Source of the DNA: Macrostomum lignano
Taxonomy: Eukaryota
DNA length: 64,000 bases
NCBI GenBank assembly: GCA_002269645.1
Contig: NIVC01000201.1
Location: 186,001-250,000 of the forward strand
Reading direction: 5' to 3'
Program-made: the position numbers and the translations under genes
The notes under the pieces: model-generated
Told to the model about the DNA's origin: nothing
The model's input: the letters and a program-made list of their open reading frames with translations, nothing else
Databases searched by the model: none
Shown: positions 14,291-27,149 of the stretch, piece by piece
How positions within the stretch are numbered: the stretch's first letter is position 1
Layout of the letters: every line of letters starts with the position of its first letter

Positions 14291-17200
14291 TCACATTTTA
14301 GGCACGCGGTCGTGAGCATACTCAGAGGTCCAGTCGCGCCAGAACACATCCTGCAACTGTTTGACAATGGACGGCTGCGGCTGCTGGTGCTGGAAGCCGC
14401 TCACAGACTCGGACAGCACTGTGATGCTGGCAGCCACCCCGGTGGTGTACGTGAAGTATGAGCCCTGCCAATTGGATGTGCCTGCGGGCGGACGAGTTGC
14501 GCACTTCAAGAGCGTTCAAGAGTCGGAACTGAAATCGTGCTAGTCGTCTTCTTGTTTGAGGTTTTCAGGGGCGATTCTCTGGGGTGGCTGAGTGGCGATT
14601 CCCTGGGATGACTGAGGGGCGATTCTCTGGAGTGAATGAGGGGCGATTCTCTGAGGTGAATGAGGAGCGATTCTTTGAGGTGACTGGGGGGCGATTCTCT
14701 GGGGTGACTGGGGGGCGATTCTCTGGAGTGAATGAGGGGCGATTCTCTGGGGTGACTGGGGGGTGATTCTCTGAGGTGACTGGGGGGCGATTCTCTGGGG
14801 TGACTGGGGGCGATTCTCTGGAGTGAATGAGGGGCGATTCTCTGGGGTGAATGAGGGGCGATTCTCTGGAGTGAATGAGGGGCGATTCTCTGGAGTGAAT
14901 GAGGGGCGATTCTCTGGGGTGAATGAGGGGCGATTCTCTGGAGTGAATGAGGGGCGATTCTCGGGTGGCTGAGTGGCGATTCTCTGGAGAGAATGAGGGG
15001 CGATTCTCTGAGGTGAATGAGGGGCGATTCTCGGGTGGCTGAGTGGCGATTCTCTGGAGTGAATGAGGGGCGATTCTCTGGGGTGACCGAGGGGCGATTC
15101 TCTGGGGTGAATGAGGGGCGATTCTCGGGTGGCTGAGTGGCGATTCTCTGGGGTGGCTAAGTGGCGATTCTCTGGGGTGAATGAGGGGCGATTCTTTGGG
15201 GTGGCTGAGTGGCGATTCTCTGGGGTGAATGAGGGGCGATTCTCTGGGGTGGCTAAGTGGCGATTCTCTGGGGTGACTGAGGGGCGATTCTTGGGTGGCT
15301 GAGTGGCGATTCTCTGGAGTGAATGAGGGGCGATTCTCTGAGGTGACTGAGGGGCGATTCTTTGAGGTGACTGGGGGGTGATTCTCTGAGGTGACTGGGG
15401 GGCGATTCTCTGGAGTGAATGAGGGGCGATTCTCTGGGGTGACTGAGGGGCGATTCTCTGAGGTGACTGGGGGGCGATTCTCTGAGGTGACTGGGGGGCG
15501 ATTCTCTGGAGTGAATGAGGGGCGATTCTGTGGAGTGGCTGAGTGGCGATTCTCTGGGGTGGCTGAGGGGCGACTCTCTGGGGTGAATGAGGGGCGATTC
15601 TCTGGGGTGGCTAAGTGGCGATTCTCTGGGGTGACTGAGGGGCGATTCTCGGGTGACTGAGTGGCGATTCTCTGGAGTGAATGAGTGGCGATTCTCTGGG
15701 GTGGCTGAGGGGCGACTCTCTGGAGTGAGCGCTGAAAGCTTCTCGATGGTTTCAAAATAGCCCCATCGTCTGGGCGAGTTGAAGGCTTTTTTTACCGAAA
15801 CTATTTTAACTCATCTCAAAAAGTCCAGAACTCACAGATGACGGCGGTATCCTCGGTGACCATGTACTTGTTGTGGTTCACCCTGGCGTACGGAATGCTG
15901 CGCTGCTCCTTCGTGTAAATCGGAACTTTGAAAAATTTCTGCGGAGAAATGACGGAATAATAAGGAGTTTGTTTTGGCTTTTGGCTTTTACAAACAACTG
16001 ACATCCGGATCGAAGTTTTGGGATAGCGATTTAGAATTCGGATAAGGTGGAATCGGGATCAGGATGTGGAATCGGGATCAGGATGCGGAATCGGGATCAG
16101 GGCGTGGAATCGGGATCAGGATGTGGAATCGGGATCAGGATGTGGAATCGGGATCAGGATGTGGAATCGGGATCTGGGCGTGGAATCGGGATCAGGATGT
16201 GGAATCAGGATCAGGATGTGGAATCGGGATCAGGATGTGGAATCAGGACCAGGATGTGGAATCGGGATCAGGGCGTGGAATCGGGATCAAGGCGTAGAAT
16301 CGGGATCATGATGTGGAATCAGGACCAGGATGTGGAATCAGGATCAGGATGTGGAATCGGGATCAGGATGTGGAATCGGGATCAAGGCGTAGAATCGGGA
16401 TCAGGATGTGGAATCAGGATCAGGGCGTGGAATCGGGACCAGGATGTGGAATCAGGATCAGGATGTGGAATCGGGATCAGGATGTGGAATCGGGATCAGG
16501 ATGTGAAATCGGGATCATGATGTGGAATCAGGATCAGGATGTGGAATCGGGATCAGGATGTGGAATCGGGATCAAGGCGTAGAATCGGGATCAGGATGTG
16601 GAATCGGGATCAGGATGTGGAATCGGGATCAGGGCGTGGAATCGGGACCAGGATGTGGAATCAGGATCAGGATGTGGAATCGGGATCAGGATGTGGAATC
16701 GGGATCAAGGCGTAGAATCGGGATCAGGATTTGGAATCGGGATCAGGGCGTGGAATCTGGACCAGGATGTGGAATCAGGATCAGGATGTGGAATCGGGAT
16801 CAGGATGTGGAATCGGGATCAGGATGTGGAATCGGGATCAGGATGTGGAATCGGGATCAGGATGTGAAATCGGGATCATGATGTGGAATCAGGATCAGGA
16901 TGTGGAATCGGGATCAGGATGTGGAATCGGGATCAAGGCGTAGAATCGGGATCAGGATGTGGAATCGGGATCAGGATGTGGAATCGGGATCAGGGCGTGG
17001 AATCGGGACCAGGATGTGGAATCAGGATCAGGATGTGGAATCGGGATCAGGATGTGGAATCGGGATCAAGGCGTAGAATCGGGATCAGGATGTGGAATCG
17101 GGATCAGGGCGTGGAATCGGGACCAGGATGTGGAATCAGGATCAGGATGTGGAATCGGGATCAGGATGTGGAATCAGGATCAGGATGTGGAATCGGGATC

Positions 17201-19758
17201 AGGATGTGGAATCAGGATCAGGATGTGGAATCGGGATCAGGATGTGGAATCGGGATCAGGATGTGGAATCGGGATCAGGATGTGGAATCAGGATCAGGAT
17301 GTGGAATCGGGATCAGGATGTGGAATCGGGATCAGGATGTGGAATCGGGATCAAGGCGTAGAATCGGGATCAGGATGTGGAATCGGGATCAGGGCGTGGA
17401 ATCGGGATCAGGATGTGGAATCGGGATCAGGATGTGGAATCGGGATCAGGATGTGGAATCGGGATCAGGATGTGGAATCGGGATCAGGATTTCGATAATC
17501 ATAACCAAGGCTTCGGATTAAACGAAGGCCCTGAGAACTGCCTCGAGCGCCACTCACCCCTTCAATAAAGGTGCTGCTGGTGTTGAGGACGGTGAGAGAT
17601 TTGAGGAACAGCTCATTGAATTTGTTTGAATGCTTCCAGTACGACAACAGGAAGCGCACTTTCACGCCATTGAAGGCGGCAGTCCGCAGGGCGTTGTCGA
17701 TGTTGCCCCAGTAGCTGTGCGAGTGGCCGTCCGACAGCTCAGCTTCGTAGTCCATCACAGCGACGTGGACATAACTGCGCGCTGACAGAATGGCGCTCAC
17801 TATGGCGTCGATGTCGCGCGACCAGCGCGGCGGCGTCAGCGGGGCGGGGGATATCTGGGGGAGGGAGAATCTCACTTCAGTACATTCTTAATCTCATTTG
17901 AGTACATTCTGAATCCCACTTCAGTACATTCTTAATCTCATTTGAGTACATTCTCAATATCACTTGAGTATATTCTTAATCTCACTTGAGTACATTCTTA
18001 ATCTCATTTGAGTACATTCTCAATCTCACTTGAGTACATTATCAATCTCACTTGAGTACATTATCAATCTCACTAGAGTACACTATCAATCTCACTTGAG
18101 TAGATTTTGAATTTCAAACCGAGCAGATGGAAATCTCACCCCTAGGTAGATGGAATACTTGTAATCTCCGATTGAGGTCACAAGCGGGTGACTGGCATTG
18201 ATGCTGGCCGTGAGGTTCTCCGGCCAGCTGTGGGGCACCTGGTTCTCGCTGGCAGTCAGCCAAAAGGCCTCGAAGCTTTTGTCCAGCTCGCGCACCAGGC
18301 TGGGGCAGCCAGTCATTAGCAGACCCAGCTCCTTCACCTGCCGATCAGCGTTTGTGCACTGTTGGGCTTAATGGCCTTTTAGGGTTGAGTGCTAAAGAAC
18401 TCTGGTGGGGACATTTCGAAAGATCTGGTGGATTACTGCTGAGACCTGAGAGATTATTGGGAATAGCTGGAACTTGGAACTCAGAATCATGGAAAACAAG
18501 ACTAAAGGACCTCCAGTCAATGTTGGAGTTGTGCCTCACCTGAGTCAAGGACCTCCAGTCAATGCTGGACTGGATCTGTGCCTCACCTGAGTCAAGGATC
18601 TCCAGTCAATGCTGGACTGGATCTGTGCCTCACCTGAGTCAAGGATCTCCAGTCAGTGCTGGAGCTGTGCCTCACCTGAGTCAAGGATCTCCAGTCAGTG
18701 CTGGAGCTGTGCCTCACCTGAATCAAGGATCTCAGTCAGTGCTGGAGCTGTGCCTCACCTGAGTCAAGGATCGCCAGTCAGTGCTGGAGCTGTGCCTCAC
18801 CTGAATCAAGGATCTCAGTCAGTGCTGGAGCTGTGCCTCACCTGAGTCAAGGATCGCCAGTCGATGTTTGAGCTGCCCACGTATCCGTGTTGCCCATCAG
18901 CCAGCATCAGCTTGGCGTGCTGCACTCCGCTCCCCAGCAGGCCGGTGACATTCAGCCACGCTATGCTGACTTTGGGCTGTCGGGCCAGCAGCTGCAGGTC
19001 GCTGTGGTTGAATGCCAGGCCGCCGATGTTGTTCACAATGCGAACTGGAAGCTGCTGGCTGCGCTTCACCAGAGCTGCTAGGAGCTCCTCACCCTGCAGA
19101 AGTTGGAAAAATCGAGATTTTTGTCAGAAATGCATTTGTAGTCACTGAGTTGCTACCATGCCACTTTGGACCTGCGATGCAGGAATGTCTTTCACTTCTT
19201 ATCATGGTTAAATAATATTAACGACTATGGAGTGGGAGGGAGGGGTGAAACTTTGAAACTGGAACGTGGGGCAGAGGAAATGACGTGGAGACGGCCGGGG
19301 GACACTGCCCCCCCCCCCTGATATTCGAGATAATATTTTAGCTAGAACGGGCGGGGAGCCATCCAGGGGAGGTCAAAGGGTCATGCCAGTCATATGCTTT
19401 CTTAGATTTTGAATTCCGGTTCATATGCTAGATAGAAAATTACCTCAGCAGCCAGATTTCCAGGATTCTGCATAATATCCTGACCCCTCAGGCTCCAGTA
19501 TAGCGAGGCGACCTTGAGCTCAGTAACTGCACTCCCAACCAAAAATCGGTAGGCGGCATAGGTGCTCAAGTGCTTCGGCGCTGTAGAATTAGGATAGGTG
19601 AGATTCTCGGGTATGCTTTCTACCAGAGACAGGTTGCAGGCGGCATCTCGTGCTGGCTTGTAGTAGCTCTGCCGCAGTGGCCGGTAGTACAGTGTGGTAG
19701 CGGAGCAGCCGGTCCACAACAGGGGAGCGATGACCAAGCTGAGACAAAGTGCTTGCAT
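14291..19758 (-). CDS. PLD3: PLD3/PLD4-family phospholipase D-fold 5'-3' exonuclease, 6 exons, 451 aa
   Basis: Exons 19758-19444, 19093-18842, 18337-18140, 17854-17558, 15938-15836 and 14481-14291. All introns are GT-AG with matching phases; total 1356 nt. Motifs LVESIPENL, ASLYWSL, HAKLMLAD (HKD1), GSSNIDWRSLTQVKELG, PYARVNHNKYMVTE (HKD2), TSNWQGSYF and VFWRDWTSEY are characteristic of PLD3. Confidence 0.93.
14567..15725. repeat. 22-24-bp G-rich minisatellite (GGGCGATTCTCTGGGGTGAATGAG family) in PLD3 intron 5
   Basis: Directly visible. Confidence 0.95.
16047..17490. repeat. 19-bp minisatellite GATGTGGAATCGGGATCAG, about 76 copies, in PLD3 intron 4
   Basis: Directly visible. Confidence 0.96.
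17868..18101. repeat. 22-bp minisatellite AATCTCACTTGAGTACATTCTC in PLD3 intron 3
   Basis: About 10 copies visible. Confidence 0.92.
18505..18866 (-). repeat. About 42-47-bp tandem repeat derived from the PLD3 exon 2 / intron 2 junction (8 donor-site copies)
   Basis: gtgcctcacctga recurs at about 18531, 18578, 18625, 18667, 18709, 18750, 18792 and 18833. The unit reads SNIDWRSLTQ|gtgaggcac on the gene strand. Confidence 0.9.
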
Positions 19759-20383
19759 TCTTTCTCTAACTAAATTTCTGAATTTCTGAATTTCTGAATA
19801 TCTGACTGGCCAAGGTATGGGCAGATTTATGTATCTGCTGTCTTGCTGTTAGCGAAGCCAGAGCCTAAAGCCTGCTGCCCTAACTCTTAACGGCCTGATA
19901 ATGCACAACCAACCTCATTGGGTTGAACTTGTCTTCCTGCTGCCTGCCTTTGTAAGGCGTTTATTGTATCGGCTTGTTGAACTTCGCCCCTCTATCCCTC
20001 CTCCACAGGGGGCCTGGCGCACATTGGGGTCCCCCGCACCCGCCACCCCAAAACCCCTCCCCGGCAGTGTACACTGACACACTGGGTGAGTTCAGCCGAA
20101 GAAGCCGCCTTCAAAAATGTACATTCAAGACTTAGTGTTCATGTTAGAATCGACAATTTACAAATTACAAAGCCCTGCTTTGGTTTGGTAGCAGTCCGAT
20201 GGTAGAGTGCATTTTCCCAGCACAGATGCCATTAATCCACTCCACACTTATTTCACGCTCTAATACAAAGATATGGGGAGAGGTGGATAGAAAATAGATG
20301 GGAAAGTAGTCACGTGATGAAATGCGTGCATGCGGTTAAGGTACATTGGGAAATCATCGCGGTCCTTGTACATCTTTATGTAT

Positions 20384-20843
20384 GACACTTTACATCTCTG
20401 GCACTTCATATCTCTGACACTTCATATCTCCGACACTTCATATCTCCGACACTTCATATCTGCGACACTTCATATCTCTGACACTTCATATCTCTGACAC
20501 TTCATATCTCTGACACTTTACATCTCTGGCACTTCATATCTCTGACACTCATATCTCTGACACTCATATCTCTGACACTTCATATCTGCGACACCTCATA
20601 TCTCTGACACTTCATATCTAACACTTCATATCTCTGACACTTCATATCTCTGAAACCTCATATCTCTGACTCTTTACATCTCTGACTCAGATCTCCGACA
20701 CCTCATATCTCTGACTCTTTACATCTCTGACTCAGATCTCCGACACCTCATATCTCTGACACTTCATATCTCGTGACACTTCATATCTCGTGACACTTTA
20801 CATCTCCGACACCTCATATCTCTGACACTTCATATCTCTGACA
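20384..20843. repeat. 16-bp minisatellite GACACTTCATATCTCT
   Basis: Directly visible. Confidence 0.94.
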
Positions 20844-22241
20844 AATCAAGTTAGAAACCCAACCCTAGCCCTAAGCTTGTCGGAGATATAATTGTCGGAG
20901 TTGTAAAAGAAGCTGCTTTTAGGAGACATGAAACTTACGCCCTCGTAATTTCACACTGTTAATTAAATTTGATTTGTCGATAGCGATGGGGTTGGGTGAA
21001 CTGATTAGTCACGCGGCAGAGAGTATCTTGTACATGTATTACTTGTGCAGAGGGATCAGATAAGATGATAAGGTGAGTCTAAAACTCAAATGATCAATTC
21101 CAAAAACAGTTTCAAGAAAGGATTTCAATCTGTCTTCTTATTAATTGGAGACATATCTGCCGATGGAGTTGCCGATTGATGTTATAATCGCGCGTTTTGG
21201 CTTCAAGTGGGTGCTATAGCTATGCTTACGCCTCTTGCACGTTGCACAATTAATTGTACATGCAATGAAAAAGAATCGTAGTTTAGTGGTAGTCCGAGCG
21301 CCAATCACTGGTGTTACATGATTATGACGTAATCTCCAAGCAACCCTACAGCTGCATGCCTTTATGTGCGCGCATGGTATATATATGTACTCGTAGCTTT
21401 GAGTCTGACAGAGTCGCCACTGTGTATGAAGGTATTACGCTAGAGGCCATAGCCACCACCAGTCAGTCATGTGAGCAGAAGAACACTTGAATAAATCACA
21501 GTTAACCAAATGGGACTCCCGGCCTGCTGCGGGCGAGGATTTAGCAAAGACCTCAACTACGAGTAGTTAAGCCATGGCCGATCTGAGAGACTCTCAACAA
21601 ACGAAAGATTTTGCATAGGAGATGTTTTCATCCAGTTGCGCTGAGCTGTCAGAACTGAAAATGCCAGCTGCCAAGAAACTCTGGTGTTAATTAAAGATTG
21701 CGCTAAGGATCTATGAACTTGGTTATGCGTCGATTTCAGCTCCCAGCCCTTAAGGTCAGAGTGGCCATTTCGCCAGCTCAAGAGGCCACTCTTTCAGTCC
21801 ACTCATTTCGAAGTCCAGCGAGAAGGTCCTCCTCGGTCAAATTTTATATTAGTGTCCAGCGGCGACTCTGCTGATGGATTCAGCAGGTCGGAGGCTACGT
21901 TGAGAAAATGATATGACCGTTTTCCGAAAATTTTGAGCCCTTCGTATGGCCGACCGAATTCATGGGCGAACTGGAGGCGCAGAATGGTTGGAAGCGCGGG
22001 CCTGAAAACAAAATAACAATCGTAATTAATACAAAAAGCAATATCTGGTTTTAGCCTCGAATTCCAGTCTCCGACATTAATCTACCCTGGTCCCAGTCCA
22101 TCATCCCGCAGCTTCGTCAACCCTTCATGCCTTGACCTTGTTTTATCAGAGGATCTGCTGTCAAATCTCTTCCACCAGGACGGCGATGTTCCTCTATCGG
22201 TAAGTACTTCGCATCGGGTTTGAATTTATTCTATTTGACTA

Positions 22242-23043
<802 letters not shown>

Positions 23044-23247
23044 TTCTCTTCCACAAAAGCCACTCTCCGCCCTCAAACTTATAACATTGTAGTCAGCGCA
23101 GCTAGTTTGCACCGGGATCGACGGTCAGTAGCTTTCAAACGTTAGCCATCCTATTCTTGGTTTTTAGACACCGCTGATTGGACAGGAGATGAAGCGATAC
23201 TGGGGACGAGTTTAACTCATATAAACGAAAGCACTCATGCCTCTTTA

Positions 23248-24636
23248 ATGAATTCCCGTCTTATTCTATCGTTTGGTAGTTCTCAATTCAGAAACAGCAT
23301 GCTATCCCAACAAAAAATACTGCTCTTGTTTGTGATAGTCGCTATCCTAAGTACAGAATTTCAATCTGGAGATGCTGCCAGAGATTTCCAATTCGAATTG
23401 CTGCAGTATCTGAAAAGCAACATCACGAACTTTAGTCCGTCACTGAGACCCATTCTGAATCCGAAACAGAAATTGAATGTGTCTTTGGTGACAATGCTCG
23501 GTCAAATAGTGTCTGTGGACAGCTCCAAACAGAGCATTGGAGTTTCTGTTGTAGTATACGCACATTGGTTCGAAGAACGACTCACCTGGGAGCCAGAGAA
23601 GTTCGGCAACGTCACCGTGTTGGACTGGGACATGGGCCAGACCTGGTATCCGCTCTTGTTTGTCTATAACGGCATGGGAGACAACATGCTGCTGAGTCCT
23701 CAGTGCCCGTCCTACATTACATCCGTGTCGCCCAGCAAGTCCCTGATGTCAGTCGCCTGGGTAAAGGAGCTTGAGTTCACCTGCCGCTTCGACATGAGTC
23801 GCTTTCCGTTTGATCGGCACGTCTGTGACATGGTGCTGTACGCTTCCGACCAAGGCCGCGCGCTGGACAGCATTTCTCTGAAGAAGGGACATCCTCTGCT
23901 GCCTCCGACTATGGAGTACAACGAAGTTGCCGGTTATGGTGAGAATAACGAGTGGAATCTGCTCAACATAAGCACCTTTGTGAACTACCGGCTCTATGAA
24001 GTTTTCAAAGGCCAGCCGAAACTTCCTCTGTCAACCTACGTGATGCGTATGGAGATCGAGCGAGTGTCCACCTACTACATGCTGAACGTGGTGACTCCCC
24101 TGCTGCTGCTCACGCTGCTCCAGGTACTGGTTTTCTTTGTGCCTGTGGAGTCTGGCGAGAAGATGAGCTTCGGCATCTCCATCATGCTGAGCTACACTGT
24201 GTTTCTGCTGCTGCTGGACGGCCTGCTGCCCAAGTCGCAGTCGATGCCGGCCGTGGCCTCCTTCATCACGGCGGCCATGGTGCTTTCGACTGTGTCTCTG
24301 CTGCTCACCTCCGTTGTCATTCGATTCCACTTCGCTCCGGAGTCCCAGCCGATGCCGTCGTGTCTCCACTTTGTCTTCGTGAAAATCTTCGGACGTCTGC
24401 TGCTCTGCAGTCGGCGATCGGACGGCAGAACGGAGCCGCAGCAGGAAGAGACGCAAAGCTGCGACACTGAGGTCAGGAAATTCGACGACAATGAAGTACC
24501 CGCGGCGGCTTCCGGAGAGCGACGCTCGGACTGGCAGATCGCTGCGGTCGCCTTGGAACGACTGATGGCTATCATCGGCTGCTTGATCACCGTAGCCATT
24601 TTTTGTGTGTTTTTGTTGAGGCCGCTCGTTCCCTGA
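23248..24636 (+). CDS. Intronless divergent nicotinic-acetylcholine-receptor-like Cys-loop ligand-gated cation channel subunit (likely start Met at 23299)
   Basis: Signal peptide MLSQQKILLLFVIVAILS. WEPEKFGNVT and WYPLLFVYN motifs. Cys-loop CRFDMSRFPFDRHVC. M1 YYMLNVVTPLLLL, M1-M2 PVESGEKMSFGISIMLS, then M3 and M4 (DWQIAAVALERL). No vicinal Cys in loop C. Confidence 0.92.
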   Translation: MNSRLILSFGSSQFRNSMLSQQKILLLFVIVAILSTEFQSGDAARDFQFELLQYLKSNITNFSPSLRPILNPKQKLNVSLVTMLGQIVSVDSSKQSIGVSVVVYAHWFEERLTWEPEKFGNVTVLDWDMGQTWYPLLFVYNGMGDNMLLSPQCPSYITSVSPSKSLMSVAWVKELEFTCRFDMSRFPFDRHVCDMVLYASDQGRALDSISLKKGHPLLPPTMEYNEVAGYGENNEWNLLNISTFVNYRLYEVFKGQPKLPLSTYVMRMEIERVSTYYMLNVVTPLLLLTLLQVLVFFVPVESGEKMSFGISIMLSYTVFLLLLDGLLPKSQSMPAVASFITAAMVLSTVSLLLTSVVIRFHFAPESQPMPSCLHFVFVKIFGRLLLCSRRSDGRTEPQQEETQSCDTEVRKFDDNEVPAAASGERRSDWQIAAVALERLMAIIGCLITVAIFCVFLLRPLVP

Positions 24637-25816
24637 CTAATGGAAATTGCACGAGCGAAATATGATGTCGGATATGCGTTGTTTTTGAAGACAAGTAACT
24701 ACAAAACAGTCGGAATAGTAGGCATAATTAGTAACAACACCAGTTAATACTTCTGAATACTTTCTGAAAGCGAAATTTGAAAGATACTAAGTCAGTTCAA
24801 ATAGTAGTAATGTTGACTCCACGGACTCTCTCACCGTCTATCAAGTCACGTCCTGATAAGTTTTTATTTGCCTTCTGAGCCCTTTACTGTCCTTTTCTCG
24901 AATCTGCGTGTTCGGCTTTGTTACATTAAATAAACAATAAATTTCGCCACGTCAGTTCAGCTTCAGAAGAGATTCGGCATCTGCATAGCATTGACTCATT
25001 GTCTGATTGATTATTCATCGATTGACAACCAAAACTTTGACTGTCACGCAATGGGGGAAGGCATTTTCTTGTGGAAGCGCAAGCCTAACTGGCTCAAAGC
25101 TGGATTAGACCGCAAGGAAAACTATTGTTAATAATTGATGCATTCCATAAGATTTCTAGTGCTTCGTTTTCTTCAGCTATTCTTAGAGCTTTTGGCTTGT
25201 GGCTGGTCTCCAGGGGTAACGTGCTTGCATTGGCAATGTAATAGGGGTAAAAAGAGCCTTCATTAAACAAAGGAACAGCAGCGCAGCAGGTGCGCAATTA
25301 GGAAGCGCGTAACAGTCAGATTTTTGTGGCAGAAATTTGAGTTGCTGGGAGCATTCCGCAGCTAATGAGGATTTTGCTCTCATGCATTCTTCCATGGGAA
25401 CTCAAGCAAGCAGTGCTTAGTCCCGCTTGAGTCCGTGAAACCGGAGCACTTGCCGGCAAGTTGTGAATTATTATCAGGGTTTTCTTCAACAGGTGTAGTT
25501 TTGTCACGTGAAACGGCAAAAGAAATGACACAGGAAAAGCATCCTACAACGAGGCGTCGAAAAGAGTCCTGGGGATATGGTTTAAAATGTGCTACAGTAC
25601 CATAGCTGAAGCAATAGGTGAGAGCTATGAGTGTGCAGCAATGCAGAGACAGGCAGTGAACTGTAGGTTGCAGTGAAATACCCCCCTCCCCCTTATCTCA
25701 ACTAGAAAATATAATGCAGTGTAACTATGCAATTATGTAAGTTTAAACGCGTAAATTTCTCAGAACGTACGCACTCAAATGAGCTCATAGAACTTGAGCA
25801 CGACCCCTATTCGGGA

Positions 25817-25836
25817 GCCTCCGTGGCGCAATCGGC

Positions 25837-25873
<37 letters not shown>

Positions 25874-25890
25874 GAGCCCACCCGGGGGCG
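25817..25890 (+). tRNA. trnN-GTT: tRNA-Asn (GTT)
   Basis: GCCTCCGTGGCGCAATCGGCTAGCGCGTTCGGCTGTTAACCGAAAGGTTGGTGGTTCGAGCCCACCCGGGGGCG: 74 nt, cloverleaf, anticodon GTT, intact A and B boxes, nearly identical to canonical metazoan tRNA-Asn. Confidence 0.97.
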
Positions 25891-25899
25891 AAGTAATTG

Positions 25900-25905
25900 T
25901 TTTTT
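25900..25905 (+). terminator. RNA polymerase III terminator (T6) for tRNA-Asn
   Basis: T run about 10 nt downstream of the tRNA 3' end. Confidence 0.75.
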
Positions 25906-26423
25906 ATTTGTTTGATTCTCATAATTTCCTTAAATAGTTATTTTCTTCAATATTTTATGGTATTATCATCAGCTCCAAATACTATCAAGGTTTATTATTA
26001 GCACTCTTAGGAGAACTATCTTGTTTACTTAGCTTATATTAGTATCAGGAAGTGAAAAAGTGTTTGATCCTTGAAATAAGGAACTAAGAGGTTCCTTATT
26101 TTTTTCCTAGAATAGATATGACCCATAAGTGATTTTTCCTTTCAGAAGGAACTAAAGTCAGCTGCTTTTCGCCCACACCTCAAGGATATTAAGTCGAGCT
26201 ACTTTATTTCTTTTGCCAGTGCTGAACTGGTAGGAAGTTTTCGATTCAGAAATTCTGCTTTGAATTCGACTGTATTCGCTAATTCGGTGAGTGCTCGAAG
26301 TGCCTCTCAGCCTTGATATCCCACATACTCGTAACGCAATTTTCTCTATGCCTAGCGTTATCGAAAATCTGAATTCGTCAGGAGTCCACTGACTCCTGAG
26401 CATGAGCACATACAAGCCCGCAA

Positions 26424-26650
26424 ATACTGTACTGTACTATGCCTGCAGTAGAAGGGTGCTCATGCACACGCAAACTCAGGGCTCTGACTTTCTTGTTATT
26501 GTGGATGTACAGTCTCCCATGAGTGTGAATCCCACGACAACTCCTCAATTTTTGTGCACAACCCCACAATGGATGTGGCCGCGAACGGAATCGAACCTGG
26601 GGTCGTGGGCACGAGAGTCCGACTTGTCAACCACCGAGCTGCCCTGCCTC
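26424..26650 (-). mobile_element. tRNA-derived SINE (second family)
   Basis: Minus-strand head ggcagctcggtgg (A box) ... ggttcgattcc (B box), then a non-tRNA body ending in a tacagtacagta-like tail. Confidence 0.65.
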
Positions 26651-27149
26651 CCGAAATCCAAGGTCACATCTAGTAAATGACAAATACTATCTGGATGAAA
26701 AACACTTAATGATTTTTCCTAGCCCAGATAGCGGATCTACTAAAATATTTTTGTGTCATAAGAGAACGTTTTCATCCCGTGACAAGCACCGCATTGTGCA
26801 AACGCATATTTCAAAGTTATTATTCCTAACAAGGGAACTTTAATTCCTCCTTGTTATGCAAAGCAACGGACAGTCGAGGTACTGTTTTGTTAGTAGATAA
26901 ATTTGCAATAAAAACTGTGCAAATTTAAACTTTTCTCATCCACTAAGTCGCCCTGTCTAAAGAAGGAAAAACCTTTTCTCACGTTCTCAAGCAGCTCACG
27001 TATGCAACAAAGCACCTACATGTAGATAAAGCACCGGCTTCCATATTGTCACGCAAGTATAGCCTTTTAGGGTTCTCAATGATTTTAAACAGATTCCTAA
27101 TGCTTCTTTAAAGCAAATTCTACTTTTGAACTTTAACTTGACGACACAG

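Noticed and set aside
14565-17568. Long ORFs such as the 396-aa PENRP and the ESGSGCGIGIR series
   Set aside because: They lie within PLD3 introns 4 and 5 and are minisatellite translations.
20855-20880. Telomere-like aaccctagccctaa (similar at about 36655 and 60665)
   Set aside because: Only 1-2 degenerate units; not an interstitial telomeric array.
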